The position numbers and the translations under genes are program-made. Source: Akkermansiaceae bacterium UBA6138 (GTDB lineage Bacteria > Verrucomicrobiota > Verrucomicrobiia > Verrucomicrobiales > DEV007). Taken from it: a stretch of DNA of 64,000 bases. Shown piece by piece: positions 27,969-38,014 of the stretch. How positions within the stretch are numbered: position 1 is the first letter of the stretch; every line of letters starts with the position of its first letter. Below the pieces are notes generated by a model, which ran no database searches, was not told where the DNA came from, and saw only the letters and a program-made list of their open reading frames with translations. The stretch is taken from positions 10,334 to 74,333 of the forward strand of contig DIVG01000005.1 of assembly GCA_002422425.1 (NCBI GenBank), in the 5' to 3' direction.

Positions 27969-29582
27969 CTAATCAAGCCGCTCACTGCGCTTCAGCACGG
28001 TATCGACCTGCCAGTGAAGATCGTCGCGTTCGGGATGATCAAGGGTGAAGTGGAGCCCCCGGCTTTCCTTGCGGCTTTCGGCTGACTTGACGATGAGTGA
28101 GGCAGTTTCGACAAGGTTTCTCAACTCAAGCAACTCGGCGGTGACGCGGAAGTTCCAGTAAAACTCCGCTACTTCACGGCGGAGATTCTGAAGACGAGTC
28201 GCGGCGCGCTGGAGGCGTTTGTCGGTGCGCACGATGGAGACGTAGTCCCACATGAGACGTCTGATCTCGTCCCAGTTGTGGTAGATAACGACAAGTTCGT
28301 CGACGTCGGTGACATCGCCCGAGACCCATTCCGGCAGGGTTAATTTTTCGCGGACCTGACCAATCGGTATCTTGTCGAGACAATCAACAAGGGCGAGTTT
28401 GGAGACAACGACGCCCTCAAGGAGCGAGTTGCTCGCGAGGCGATTGGCCCCGTGGAGACCGGTGCAGGCGACCTCGCCGACAGCCCAGAGTCCGGCGAGG
28501 GAGGTCGCTCCGTGCACGTCGGTTTTCACTCCGCCGCACTGATAGTGCGCGGCAGGAACGACAGGAATCGGCTGCTTTGTGATGTCGATGTCAACGCCGA
28601 GGCAGGTGTCGTAAATGTTCGGGAAACGCGAGCGGATGAAATCGGCGGGCTTGTGGGTGATGTCGAGAAAGACGCAGGGACCGCCGGTCCTCTTAATCTC
28701 ACGGTCTATCGCCCGGGCAACGATGTCACGGGGCGCGAGAGAACCGCGCGGATCGTATTCATGCATAAAGCGGCGCCCGTGCCGGTCGATCAGTTCAGCG
28801 CCCTCGCCGCGCATCGCCTCGGTAATAAGAAAGGATTTTAGCTCGTGATGGTAGAGGCAGGTGGGGTGAAACTGGATGAACTCCATGTTCGCGATTTCGC
28901 ATCCGGCCCGCCAGGCCATCGCGACGCCGTCGCCGGTCGCGATGTCGGGATTGGTGGTATAAAGGTAAACCCGTCCGCTCCCGCCGGTGCAGAGCAGAAC
29001 CCGGTCCGAGCGCAGGGTGATGACGGTGCCTTTTTCCTCGTCGAGGGCATAGATTCCGACGCAGCGCTGCGGCGCGTCGAGGGCGAGTTTCGAAGTGGTG
29101 ATCAGATCGATCGCAAAGTGGTGCTCGTAGAGATCGATACGTGGCGAGGCTTTCACCGCGGCAAGAAGCTTTGTCTCGATTTCCCTTCCGGTGGTGTCTT
29201 TATGGTGGAGAATGCGCCGCCGCGTGTGGCCACCCTCGCGACCGAGTTCGATGACCTCCTCACCGGTGTCGGAAACGGTCCCGTCAAAGTTGACGCCCCA
29301 GTTCACGAGTTCTTCGATGGCATCCGGACCATCACTGACGATGCGGCGCACGACCGGCTCGGGGCAGAGACCGGCTCCGGCGTCGAGAGTGTCGGCAACA
29401 TGGCGGTCGAAGGAATCATCCTCGCTTTGGACACAGGCAATCCCGCCCTGAGCCCAGGCGGTGTTTGTACTCGCCGCGTCGCGTTTTGTCACGATCGCGA
29501 CCGTTCCATGTTCTGCTGCCCGGAGGGCAAAGCTCAGCCCGGAGATTCCGCTCCCGACTACGATAAAGTCGTAGGTTTTCAC
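27969..29582 (-). CDS. nadB: L-aspartate oxidase
   Basis: VVGSGISG, AQGGIA, REGGHTRRRILH, EFIQFHPT, PVVPAAHYQCGGV, TGLHGANRLASNSLLE, ESRGLH. Confidence 0.96.
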   Translation of the reverse strand: MKTYDFIVVGSGISGLSFALRAAEHGTVAIVTKRDAASTNTAWAQGGIACVQSEDDSFDRHVADTLDAGAGLCPEPVVRRIVSDGPDAIEELVNWGVNFDGTVSDTGEEVIELGREGGHTRRRILHHKDTTGREIETKLLAAVKASPRIDLYEHHFAIDLITTSKLALDAPQRCVGIYALDEEKGTVITLRSDRVLLCTGGSGRVYLYTTNPDIATGDGVAMAWRAGCEIANMEFIQFHPTCLYHHELKSFLITEAMRGEGAELIDRHGRRFMHEYDPRGSLAPRDIVARAIDREIKRTGGPCVFLDITHKPADFIRSRFPNIYDTCLGVDIDITKQPIPVVPAAHYQCGGVKTDVHGATSLAGLWAVGEVACTGLHGANRLASNSLLEGVVVSKLALVDCLDKIPIGQVREKLTLPEWVSGDVTDVDELVVIYHNWDEIRRLMWDYVSIVRTDKRLQRAATRLQNLRREVAEFYWNFRVTAELLELRNLVETASLIVKSAESRKESRGLHFTLDHPERDDLHWQVDTVLKRSERLD

Positions 29583-29621
29583 TGGTTCTCTTTACGCTGA
29601 TCGGTGGGAATAAGTAAACCG

Positions 29622-30479
29622 CTAATCTCGAGGCAGTCCGACATTGTCGATGAGGCGGGTTTTTCCGAAAAAGGCGGCCGCGAGGAGTCTCGGGATCTGC
29701 CCGGTAAAGGTCTCCAGCGGGGCAAGGGTGGTGGCGTCGACGATCTCGAAGTAGTCGAGGCGGGCGAGGGAGGCGGCCGCGAATCGGTCGAGGAAGGCTT
29801 TGCGGGCGTCGCAAGGCGTCTTGATCGCTCCCGAGGCGATGCCGGCGGCGATGTCGCGGAGGGAGCGCACAAGGGCAGGGGCCTCGGCGCGCTGGGCGGC
29901 GGTGAGGTAGGTATTACGCGAGCTCAGGGCGAGGCCGTCCTCTTCCCGCACGGTGGGACCGGCGACGATGCGAACCGGGAAATCGAGATCGCGGACGAGT
30001 CGGCGGATCACGGCGAGTTGCTGGAAATCTTTTTCTCCAAAGATCGCGGCATCGGGCCGGATGAGATTGAATAGTTTTGCGACGACCGTGCAGACGCCGT
30101 CAAAATGCCCCGGCCGACTCGCTCCGCAAAGGTTCCCGGAGAGACGGTCCTCGGTCACGGTGATGGAGCGGTCGGGGGCGTAGACTTCGCTGAGGTCGGG
30201 GGCGAAGACGGCATCGACACCATGATCGGCGCACTTTTCCAGATCGGCTTCGAGGGGCCTCGGGTAGGCGTCGAAGTCCTCGTTGGGGCCGAACTGGACC
30301 GGGTTCACGAAGATCGTTGCGATGACATCGCCGCCCTTTCCCGCCTCGCCGCGGGCTTGATCAAAAAGGCTCGTGTGGCCGCGATGGAGGGCACCCATCG
30401 TGGGGACGAGGACGCGCCGGGCATCGCCTCGCGCCGTCAGCCAGGCGTTGAGTTCCGCCTTCGTTCGCAATAATTTCAT
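29622..30479 (-). CDS. panC: Pantoate-beta-alanine ligase
   Basis: VPTMGALHRGH, IFVNPVQF, SRPGHFDGV, FGEKDFQQ, REEDGLALSSRN, RLIDN. Confidence 0.96.
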   Translation of the reverse strand: MKLLRTKAELNAWLTARGDARRVLVPTMGALHRGHTSLFDQARGEAGKGGDVIATIFVNPVQFGPNEDFDAYPRPLEADLEKCADHGVDAVFAPDLSEVYAPDRSITVTEDRLSGNLCGASRPGHFDGVCTVVAKLFNLIRPDAAIFGEKDFQQLAVIRRLVRDLDFPVRIVAGPTVREEDGLALSSRNTYLTAAQRAEAPALVRSLRDIAAGIASGAIKTPCDARKAFLDRFAAASLARLDYFEIVDATTLAPLETFTGQIPRLLAAAFFGKTRLIDNVGLPRD

Positions 30480-30484
30480 CAATG

Positions 30485-31741
30485 TCAGGATCCCGCGATG
30501 CATATAAGCGCCGCTTCGGTGCGGAGGTAGAGGCGGCCGTTCGCGACGGCGGGTGACGCGCTCGATCCGCTGCCGAGATTGCTGCGACCAAGGACCTTGA
30601 AAGTGTCGCCCGCTTCGACGATGACGAGTTCACCTTCGCGGCTGAGGTTGAGAAGTTTACCGTCCACGGCGAGGGGTGAGGCGAAAAAGTTGCCGCCGAC
30701 CCGCTCTTTGTAGATCCCTTTTCCGGTCTCGGCATCGAGGCAGGCAAGGATGCCGCCGTCTCCCCAGAGGTAGAGGCGTCCCTCGTAATAAAGGGGGGTC
30801 GGCACGTAGCCGAGTCCGTCGCTGAGCCCGAGCGCATAGACAACATCCGGTTCGCCGCTCGCTTTCGGCCGCAGCGCCGTGCCCTGACGTCCCTGGCCAC
30901 CCGAGCCGAAAGTGGCAAAGACGGTGCCGCGCCCCGGGGCGATCGACCCCACGCTCCGCTGATTGTATTCGCCGTCATAACCCCAGAGGACCTTGCCGCT
31001 CTTCGGATCGAGACCTTTCCATCCATCATTGGTCTGCACGACGACGACGATTTCCTTTCCATCCACGCTCATGGAGACGGGGGTGCTGTAGGCGGTGAGG
31101 TGTTTTTCCTCGGTCCCGGGGGTGGTGCGCTCAAGTTCCCAAAGCGACTCGCCGGTGGCGGGGTTTAGTCCCATGACGAGGCTCTTGCGCCGTTCGACCG
31201 AGTCGGTGTGGATAATGAGGACGCCGTCGGAAAGGATGGGCGAGGCGCCGAAGCCGTGATCCGAGGTAAACTCGGGCCACTCGCGTTTCCAGACGAGTTT
31301 GCCCGCATGATCGAGGGCGATCGCCTCGGTGCGTTTGCCCGAACCCCACACGGCGTAGATGCGATCGGAGTCAGCGACAGGCGTGGAAGAGGCGAAGTTG
31401 TTAAAATTGTGCAGATTGTGTCCTTCGACGGGTGCTTCCCAGCTCCATTGGCGGGCCCCTGTGGCCGCGTCGAAGCACTCAAGGCGGCGATTTGTCCCGT
31501 CGGCGGCGGCAAGGGTGAGAAAAAGCTTTTCACCCCAAAGCACGGGTGAGGAATGGCCGACCCCGTCGAGGGGAGTGGACCAGGCGTAATCGCTCGCTCT
31601 GACCTCGTTGCGCAGCCCCGTCATCTTTCCGACCCCGGCCCCGTCCTTTCCGCGAAAGCGCGACCACTCCTGGGCCTGTGCGTGCGTGAGCAGGAGAAAG
31701 GCGGAGAAGGCGACGAGCGGTAGGAAAGCGCGGTGAATCAT
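30485..31741 (-). CDS. PQQ-like beta-propeller repeat protein (BamB-like, PVC expansion)
   Basis: Signal peptide, WSRFRG, SSPVLWG, repeated D-x-x-TG-x-x-x-W motifs, SASPAVANGRLYLRT. Confidence 0.88.
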   Translation of the reverse strand: MIHRAFLPLVAFSAFLLLTHAQAQEWSRFRGKDGAGVGKMTGLRNEVRASDYAWSTPLDGVGHSSPVLWGEKLFLTLAAADGTNRRLECFDAATGARQWSWEAPVEGHNLHNFNNFASSTPVADSDRIYAVWGSGKRTEAIALDHAGKLVWKREWPEFTSDHGFGASPILSDGVLIIHTDSVERRKSLVMGLNPATGESLWELERTTPGTEEKHLTAYSTPVSMSVDGKEIVVVVQTNDGWKGLDPKSGKVLWGYDGEYNQRSVGSIAPGRGTVFATFGSGGQGRQGTALRPKASGEPDVVYALGLSDGLGYVPTPLYYEGRLYLWGDGGILACLDAETGKGIYKERVGGNFFASPLAVDGKLLNLSREGELVIVEAGDTFKVLGRSNLGSGSSASPAVANGRLYLRTEAALICIAGS

Positions 31742-31893
31742 GAGATACGGAAGCTGCCGGAAAGTGGGAAAAGACGCAACTGCAATTCGTTGGCGGAAAC
31801 GAGGGTCGGCGGGTGCGGTGGCGTTTTTAGAGGTTGGGACGGCCTTCGCTTTTCCCGATGCGCGAAAGTCGGGCCTGCGCTACCTTTCCCGCG

Positions 31894-33456
31894 ATGGTCA
31901 AAAATATTGTCATTGGGGCGCTCACGCTTGCCCTCATCGTCTCGTTCATTCTTCATTTTACGAGGCCCGATCCGAAACCGGTCGCGCCGGTCGTGGTGAC
32001 GGTGCCGACTCCGGAGCCTGAACCGGTCGTGCTTCCGGAACCGCAACCCGAGCCCGAGCCGGAACCGCAGCCGGACCCCCGCTTTCTCGCCTTCGCGGCT
32101 GCCTTTGCCTCGGTCGCGGATGATCCGGGCCTGACCGGAGCGGCGATTGGCTTCAGCGTCATCGACTCCGCCGGCGAGACGATCTACGAGCACAATGGTG
32201 AGATCGCGCACATCCCCGCTTCGGCGCTCAAGACGCTCACCACGGCAACCGCGCTAGAGGTGCTGGGGCCGGAGTTCCGCTTCGAGACCCGACTTGGTGT
32301 CAGCGCGCCGGATGAAAACGGCATTTCCAAAGGCGATCTTCTCATCGTGGGCGGTGGTGATCCGATGCTCTCGATCGCCGACTACCAGTCCTGGGTCGGG
32401 GGGGTGCTCAAGGCCGGTCTTGTTTCGGTGCCGGGTCGGGTCATTGGCGATGGCCGCCTTTTCCCCGGTTCCGTATTTGCGGACTTCTGGAACTGGGGGG
32501 ATATCGGTAACGGTTATGGCAGCCCGGTCTCGGGTTTGAACCTCGAACACAACCGGTTCACCGCGAGGGTGGCCCCTGCAGCGATGGAGGGAGAACCGGC
32601 CGCGCTCGGTGCGATCCTGCCCGAGGTGCCGGGAGTGGTGTGGAACAACGAAAGCCTCACCGGCCCGGCGGGCTCGGGAGACGGCATCGTCATTCACGGA
32701 GGCGAGCGCACTTCGGTGATGCACGTGCGCGGCACTGTGCCGCCCGGCGAGGAGAGCTATGTCAGAGGTGCAGTGCCCGATCCCGAAAAGTATGCCGCTC
32801 ATCATTTGCGCGAAGCGCTCCTCTCTGCGGAGATAACGGTTGGTGGTGCCGCGGTCGGCGCGGGGGAACTGATTCTGAAAAAAGAGGCGGTGCCCGTGAT
32901 CGGGCGGGAACTCCTCGTGCATCGTTCACCCCCGCTCATTGAGATCATCAGGAGCATCCACGAGACTTCCGACAATCACGAGACGGAATGCCTTTTTCAA
33001 ACTCTCGCGAGGCGGACGGGGTTGCCGGCGGCTGAGGCGGTGCGAAGCCATTGGGAAGGCCGCGGTCTTGATCTCCGGGCATGGCGTATGGTCGACGGCT
33101 CGGGTCTGGCTCGCGCCGACTTCATCACCCCCCGAACGTTGGCTCGGCTGCAGTATCTTGCTGCTACGGGACCGCAGGGCCCGGCTTATGTGGGATCTCT
33201 CCTCACCGCCCTTGACGGGGCGCTGCACTTCAAGGCCGGAGCAATGTCAGCGGTGCGATCACTCACCGGGCTGCTGGAGACGGATTCGGGAGAGATCCTC
33301 AGCTTTGCCTTCATTGTGAATCACTACGGCGAGGTATCGTCGGTTCAGCGCCTTCAGGGGGAGTTGCTCGGGGCGATGACGGCCTGGGACAGGGAACCAC
33401 CTGTAGAAAAGCAGGAACCTTCCGATGAGGCCAAATCGACGGGCGAGCCCGGGTGA
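31894..33456 (+). CDS. dacB: D-alanyl-D-alanine carboxypeptidase/endopeptidase (PBP4, peptidase S13)
   Basis: PASALKTLT (SxxK), SDNHETE (SDN), DGSGLARAD, KAGAMSAV (KTG variant); N-terminal TM and Pro/Glu-rich stalk. Confidence 0.9.
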   Translation: MVKNIVIGALTLALIVSFILHFTRPDPKPVAPVVVTVPTPEPEPVVLPEPQPEPEPEPQPDPRFLAFAAAFASVADDPGLTGAAIGFSVIDSAGETIYEHNGEIAHIPASALKTLTTATALEVLGPEFRFETRLGVSAPDENGISKGDLLIVGGGDPMLSIADYQSWVGGVLKAGLVSVPGRVIGDGRLFPGSVFADFWNWGDIGNGYGSPVSGLNLEHNRFTARVAPAAMEGEPAALGAILPEVPGVVWNNESLTGPAGSGDGIVIHGGERTSVMHVRGTVPPGEESYVRGAVPDPEKYAAHHLREALLSAEITVGGAAVGAGELILKKEAVPVIGRELLVHRSPPLIEIIRSIHETSDNHETECLFQTLARRTGLPAAEAVRSHWEGRGLDLRAWRMVDGSGLARADFITPRTLARLQYLAATGPQGPAYVGSLLTALDGALHFKAGAMSAVRSLTGLLETDSGEILSFAFIVNHYGEVSSVQRLQGELLGAMTAWDREPPVEKQEPSDEAKSTGEPG

Positions 33457-33460
33457 GTGA

Positions 33461-34810
33461 TTACCTGGCGATGCCGTAAAGTGCTTTCTCGGACCGGAGG
33501 ATGAGATGGCCGTCACTCACGGCCGGACTACCTTGAAAACGGCTTGTGTCGGACTCAAGGCGATTGATCCGCAGCAGTTCAAAAACCGGTTTCGCCGCGA
33601 TGACAAAGGTGCCCGCGTTGCGGGTGACCGCGAGGAGATGGCCGTTTACGATAATGGGCGAGGCGTAGAGGGCCATCCCCTTGCCGTCCTTGCTTGCGAC
33701 GTCTAGTCGCTCGCGGTAGACAACTTCTCCGGTGTCGGGCTTCGCGCACGAGGCGATCCCGTCTTCGCTGACCCAGTAAAGGAGGCCCTTGTGCTCGACC
33801 GGCACGGGCATGTAGCTCTTTGCCCGGGTGCTTTCCCAGAGGAGCGCTTCCCCGCTGCGGTCTCCCTCGCCCCCGCCGCGGAAGACGGTTCCGAGGGTGC
33901 GCGGGAATCCGCTGAAGAGAGCGATGCGATTTTCGCTCAAGGCGAGGGGGCTTCCCGAGAGATTTCCCCCGACAGGGCTTTTGGAAAACCAGCGCATTGC
34001 CCCGCTCGCCGGGTCAAGTCCGCGGATCTCATCGCGGAAGGCGACGATGAGGTCGGTGCGGTCGTGACCCAACACTTGCAGAACGGGCGTGTTGTAAGTT
34101 TGCTCAAGCATGGGGTGAGCCATCCGCCAGATCTCCTGTCCGCTGCTTTTTTCAAAGGCGAGGAGAGCACGTGCTTCGTCGCCGGCGTTGACGATGACCG
34201 CGTCATCCGTCAGAACGACACTCGAGGCTGATCCCCAGGTCATCGTCGAAGACAGTGTTCCTGTGGGGGCGGACCAGATTCGTTTGCCCTCGAGGTCGTA
34301 GGCGTAGACGCCGTTCTTTCCGTAAAAGCAGTAGATGCGTTCGCCGTCCGTGGCCGGGGTGCTGCTCGCATAGCCGTGCTCGGGGAGGAACTCCTGATAA
34401 ATGTCTTCGGCGCGGGCGGCTGGTTCGCTTGCGGTCCAGAGGAGTTTGCCGGACTCGAGGTCTACGCAGAGGAGATGGCGCACGAGCTTCAGGGGATCTC
34501 TCGTTTCCGCCGGATCATCGCTCTGCCCCGGAGTCTCGCCGTAGCCGGTATAGGCGGTGACATAAATACGGCCGTCCGCGATGATGGGGGAAGACGATCC
34601 CGGGCCGGGGAGATCGAGTTTCCACTTCAAATTCGTCGAATCGCTCCACTCAAGAGGAACGGTCGCGTCGTCCGAGATTCCGGAGCCATTTTCGCCCCGG
34701 AAACGGGGCCAGTCGTGAGCGGTCGTCTCTCCCGGTGCCAGGAGGGGGAAGATTGAGAGGAGCGCCGGGAGGAACAAGAAAGCGGTTTTGCGAAGGTCTA
34801 CTGGAATCAT
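33461..34810 (-). CDS. PQQ-like beta-propeller repeat protein
   Basis: Signal peptide, DWPRFRGENGSG, PGPGSSSPII, YASSTPATDGERIY, FQGSPAVSDGHLILRS. Confidence 0.88.
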   Translation of the reverse strand: MIPVDLRKTAFLFLPALLSIFPLLAPGETTAHDWPRFRGENGSGISDDATVPLEWSDSTNLKWKLDLPGPGSSSPIIADGRIYVTAYTGYGETPGQSDDPAETRDPLKLVRHLLCVDLESGKLLWTASEPAARAEDIYQEFLPEHGYASSTPATDGERIYCFYGKNGVYAYDLEGKRIWSAPTGTLSSTMTWGSASSVVLTDDAVIVNAGDEARALLAFEKSSGQEIWRMAHPMLEQTYNTPVLQVLGHDRTDLIVAFRDEIRGLDPASGAMRWFSKSPVGGNLSGSPLALSENRIALFSGFPRTLGTVFRGGGEGDRSGEALLWESTRAKSYMPVPVEHKGLLYWVSEDGIASCAKPDTGEVVYRERLDVASKDGKGMALYASPIIVNGHLLAVTRNAGTFVIAAKPVFELLRINRLESDTSRFQGSPAVSDGHLILRSEKALYGIAR

Positions 34811-34820
34811 CAGAGGTGAA

Positions 34821-35016
34821 AAGGGCTCGGTTTTTTCCGCTTACGTGATGTTCTATCACGAACGGGGTTCGTTGCAACATGCGCACTTCCGGCCTTCGCG
34901 TCACGGGCCTTCCATTGAAACCGGGTCGGTAGGTTGCCCCGGTTCTCTCCACCCGGACCTTTCGGGCCCGAGCTGGCCACGATTCGCTACGTGATACCGT
35001 CAGTCTGCCTTACCTG
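34821..35016. other. Hairpin-dense intergenic segment, possible structured RNA or regulatory region (unassigned)
   Basis: Multiple stems: CGTGAT-GTTCT-ATCACG, ACGAAC-GGG-GTTCGT, GGCC-N11-GGCC, AACCGGG-N12-CCCGGTT, minus-strand GAAA-capped hairpin at 34954-34970, long-range GCTCGG/CCGAGC. Confidence 0.3.
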
Positions 35017-35124
35017 TTAAAAGTCTCCCTCTTGTGCCACATTAGGAGGGTTTCCCTCGAAATTGATTTCCAACATGCCCTTGCGCGGCGTGTCGGATTG
35101 GATAAGGAAACGTAACTCTTTCTG

Positions 35125-37515
35125 ATGACAGCCCGCTTCATGATTCAAGGCCACCATTTTTTCCCCCCGGCGAGCCTCTTCGCGTTGCTCACTCTTGTCG
35201 CCGGAATGACCGTTCAAGCCGACGAGCAGGCCTACAAGGCCATTGAGCCGATCCTCGCGACCTACTGTTATGATTGCCATGGCGACGGCATGGACTCCGG
35301 TGACTTTGCGATGGATGACTTTCAGAGCATTGCAGAGCACCTCAGGGACTTCGATGTCTGGTATGAAATCTGGAAGAATGTCCGCAGTAACCTGATGCCG
35401 CCGGCGGACAAACCGCAGTTCAAGACCGAGGAGAGGGAAAAAGTCCTCACCTTTATTGAAACCTCGGTTTTCAAGATTGATCGAAGCAATCCCGATCCCG
35501 GGCGCGTCACGATTCGTCGACTCAATCGCGAAGAGTATCGCCACTCGATCAAGGATCTTCTTCGGATTGATTTTAAAGTCGAGGACATCCTGCCGGCAGA
35601 TGACACCGGTTACGGCTTTGATACGATCGGCGACGTTCTCAGTATTTCGCCTCTTCTCATGGAGAAATATCTCGAGGCTGCCACTCTCATTGTCGAAAAC
35701 GCGATCCCCACCGACGGCCCCGGGATCGTCGAATGGTGGTTTGATGCGAAAAGATTTAAAGACGAACGCAACGCCGACTGGGGGGTCGACTGGCTTCCCT
35801 TTGATCACGCCCGTAAGATGCAGTCTCATGAGTATGTCAGCCATGACGGCGAATACGAGGTCATGATGGATTTCCGCATTCGCGGTTCGAGCGAGGCCAC
35901 CTCAAATACGGTCACCCTCATGCTCGGAGTGGGGGAGCAGGAGTTGGCCCGTCGCAAGCTCGGTTGGGATAATTCGGAGCGCATCACCCTGAAAGCAAAG
36001 ACCGCTTTAAAGAAGGGCAGGGAAGCACCTTTCTGGTTCGCGACCGAGGTGGGTGATCCACCGCAGGAGGGTGAGAACAAGCTCGGGATCGAGGTGCAGA
36101 ATGTGCGGATCCGCGGTCCTCTCGATGGCAGTAAAAAAGATTATCCGTGGAATACCCGCTACCTCTTCTCCGAAGGGCCGCCACCAGTCGATGAGACCCA
36201 GCGTGACCCCTATCGGGAGTCCATTATCAGGAAATTCGCGAATCAGGCTTTCCGCCGACCGGTTGATGACGCCACCATTGCCAGGCTTGTCGGCCTTGCC
36301 CGGGAGGTGGACCTGCAGCCGAATAACACTTTCGAAGACGGCATCGCCGAAGCCGTCACCACCATTCTCGTGAGCCCCCGCTTTCTCCTGAGGGCCGAGG
36401 TGCAGCCCGAGCCGAACAACCCCGGCAAGGTCGTGCCGATTGATGAATATTCGCTCGCCTCGCGGCTTTCCTACTTTCTCTGGAGCTCCGTGCCCGATGA
36501 AGAGCTGCTGAAACTCGCCGGGGAAAACAAGCTTCGGGCCAATTTGCGCTCCCAGATCGACCGGCTTCTTAAGGACGATAAATCGAAACGTTTCATCACG
36601 AATTTTGTGGGCCAGTGGCTTCAGGCCCGTGATGTCGAGACTCTCGCTTTTGATGAACGACGTCTCCTCGAGGAGAAGGATTTCGAAACGGCGCGAAAGA
36701 AATTTAACGGAAATCTCCGTCAGTCGATGCGTCTGGAAAGTGAGTCCTTCTTTGCTCACGTCCTCAGGGAAAAGCGTCCCGCCACCGAGCTGCTCACCGC
36801 GAATTATACCTATCTCAACGAAATCCTCGCCGACTGGTATAAGATCGAGGGAGTCAAAGGCAGTCACCTGCGCAAGGTCGATCTGCCGGAGGCCTCCCAC
36901 CGCGGAGGTATTCTTACCCAGGGCACCTTCCAGCTGGTGACGTCGAATCCGACCCGGACCTCGCCGGTGAAACGGGGGCTTTTTGTCCTTGAGAACTTCC
37001 TCGCTACGCCGCCGCCGCCGGCCGTTCCTGATGTGCCGCCGCTTGAGGAGTCGGCCAAGGGGGAGAACAAAAACCTCACTCTCCGGGAGGTTCTCAAGAT
37101 CCATGCGGAGCAGAAACTCTGTGCCTCGTGCCACATGCGCATGGACCCGATTGGTCTTGCGCTCGAAAATTACAACGCCATCGGGGTCTGGCGCGATACC
37201 GAGAAAGGGCAGCCGATCGATGCCAGTGGTCAGCTCATGACAGGCGAGAAATTCACGAACGCCCGGGAACTCAGCACCATTCTCGCTTCGGCGCGGAAGA
37301 GCGATTTCCACCGGGCCATCTCCGAGAAGCTCCTCACCTATGCGGTCGGTCGCGGCATCGAATATTTCGATGCGCCCACTATCGACAAAATCGTCGCTGA
37401 CGCGGAGAAGGCGGGCGGGAGCCTTCTTGAGATTCTCTACGGAGTCGTTGAAAGTGCTCCCTTTCAGAAGCGCCGCGGCGACGGGGAAATGTTCGCGTCG
37501 GCGGCGGGCGAATGA
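35125..37515 (+). CDS. DUF1587/1595/1592/1588/1585 c-type cytochrome-domain protein
   Basis: CYDCH, RRLNREEY, LPADDTGYGFD, FANQAFRRPV, LASRLSYFLWSSVPD, TSPVKRG, CASCH, RAISEKLLTYAVGR. Confidence 0.92.
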   Translation: MTARFMIQGHHFFPPASLFALLTLVAGMTVQADEQAYKAIEPILATYCYDCHGDGMDSGDFAMDDFQSIAEHLRDFDVWYEIWKNVRSNLMPPADKPQFKTEEREKVLTFIETSVFKIDRSNPDPGRVTIRRLNREEYRHSIKDLLRIDFKVEDILPADDTGYGFDTIGDVLSISPLLMEKYLEAATLIVENAIPTDGPGIVEWWFDAKRFKDERNADWGVDWLPFDHARKMQSHEYVSHDGEYEVMMDFRIRGSSEATSNTVTLMLGVGEQELARRKLGWDNSERITLKAKTALKKGREAPFWFATEVGDPPQEGENKLGIEVQNVRIRGPLDGSKKDYPWNTRYLFSEGPPPVDETQRDPYRESIIRKFANQAFRRPVDDATIARLVGLAREVDLQPNNTFEDGIAEAVTTILVSPRFLLRAEVQPEPNNPGKVVPIDEYSLASRLSYFLWSSVPDEELLKLAGENKLRANLRSQIDRLLKDDKSKRFITNFVGQWLQARDVETLAFDERRLLEEKDFETARKKFNGNLRQSMRLESESFFAHVLREKRPATELLTANYTYLNEILADWYKIEGVKGSHLRKVDLPEASHRGGILTQGTFQLVTSNPTRTSPVKRGLFVLENFLATPPPPAVPDVPPLEESAKGENKNLTLREVLKIHAEQKLCASCHMRMDPIGLALENYNAIGVWRDTEKGQPIDASGQLMTGEKFTNARELSTILASARKSDFHRAISEKLLTYAVGRGIEYFDAPTIDKIVADAEKAGGSLLEILYGVVESAPFQKRRGDGEMFASAAGE

Positions 37516-37545
37516 GTCTGCTTTCTTTTATCCGGCAAGGCTGTT

Positions 37546-37965
37546 ATGGGAAAAAGTTCGCCGGAAGATCTCGCTCATTTGTGGTTCAATCGCGTTTGGA
37601 ATGCGCTCGACGAAGAAGCGGTCCTCCAGTTGATGCATCGCAGGGGCGAAATCCTCGGGCTCGGAACGACTGTTCTGGGACGGGATGAATTTCTTAGCTA
37701 TCACAGGGCCTTTCGACGGGGATTTGACCGGGTTCGTATCGAGATCGTCGATCTTGTCGCCGAGGGTGCCGCCGCCGCCGGTCATGCCCGTTTCTCGGCG
37801 GTCCATCGGGTCTCGGGACGTGAGGTGGATGCCCTTCTGAGTTTTGCGGTTCGATTTGAAGGCGGAAAGTTGCGCTGGGCGCGCCACGTGGTCGATTTTA
37901 CCGCACTTCTTTCCCAGGTTGGCACCCTTGACCCGAGGGCCGTTGGCCTCCTCTTCGAGTCCTGA
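37546..37965 (+). CDS. SnoaL-like ester cyclase / NTF2-like protein
   Basis: WFNRVWN, F-x-x-YHRAFRRGF...IEIVDLVAEG, VRFEGGKL...VDFTALLSQ. Confidence 0.65.
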   Translation: MGKSSPEDLAHLWFNRVWNALDEEAVLQLMHRRGEILGLGTTVLGRDEFLSYHRAFRRGFDRVRIEIVDLVAEGAAAAGHARFSAVHRVSGREVDALLSFAVRFEGGKLRWARHVVDFTALLSQVGTLDPRAVGLLFES

Positions 37966-38014
37966 TACCCTTTTTTGCGCTGCCGGGGGCGATTAGCGAT
38001 CTCTCCTTTCTCCG

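Noticed and set aside
32008-32075. Pro/Glu repeat in dacB
   Set aside because: Degenerate codons; ordinary periplasmic stalk
34811-35124. Assignment as SRP RNA, RNase P RNA, or SAM-I, ZTP or FMN riboswitch
   Set aside because: Only short coincidental fragments; diagnostic cores (CAGG-GNRA-AGCAG, GAGGAAAGTCC, ZTP P3) are absent, so kept as unassigned
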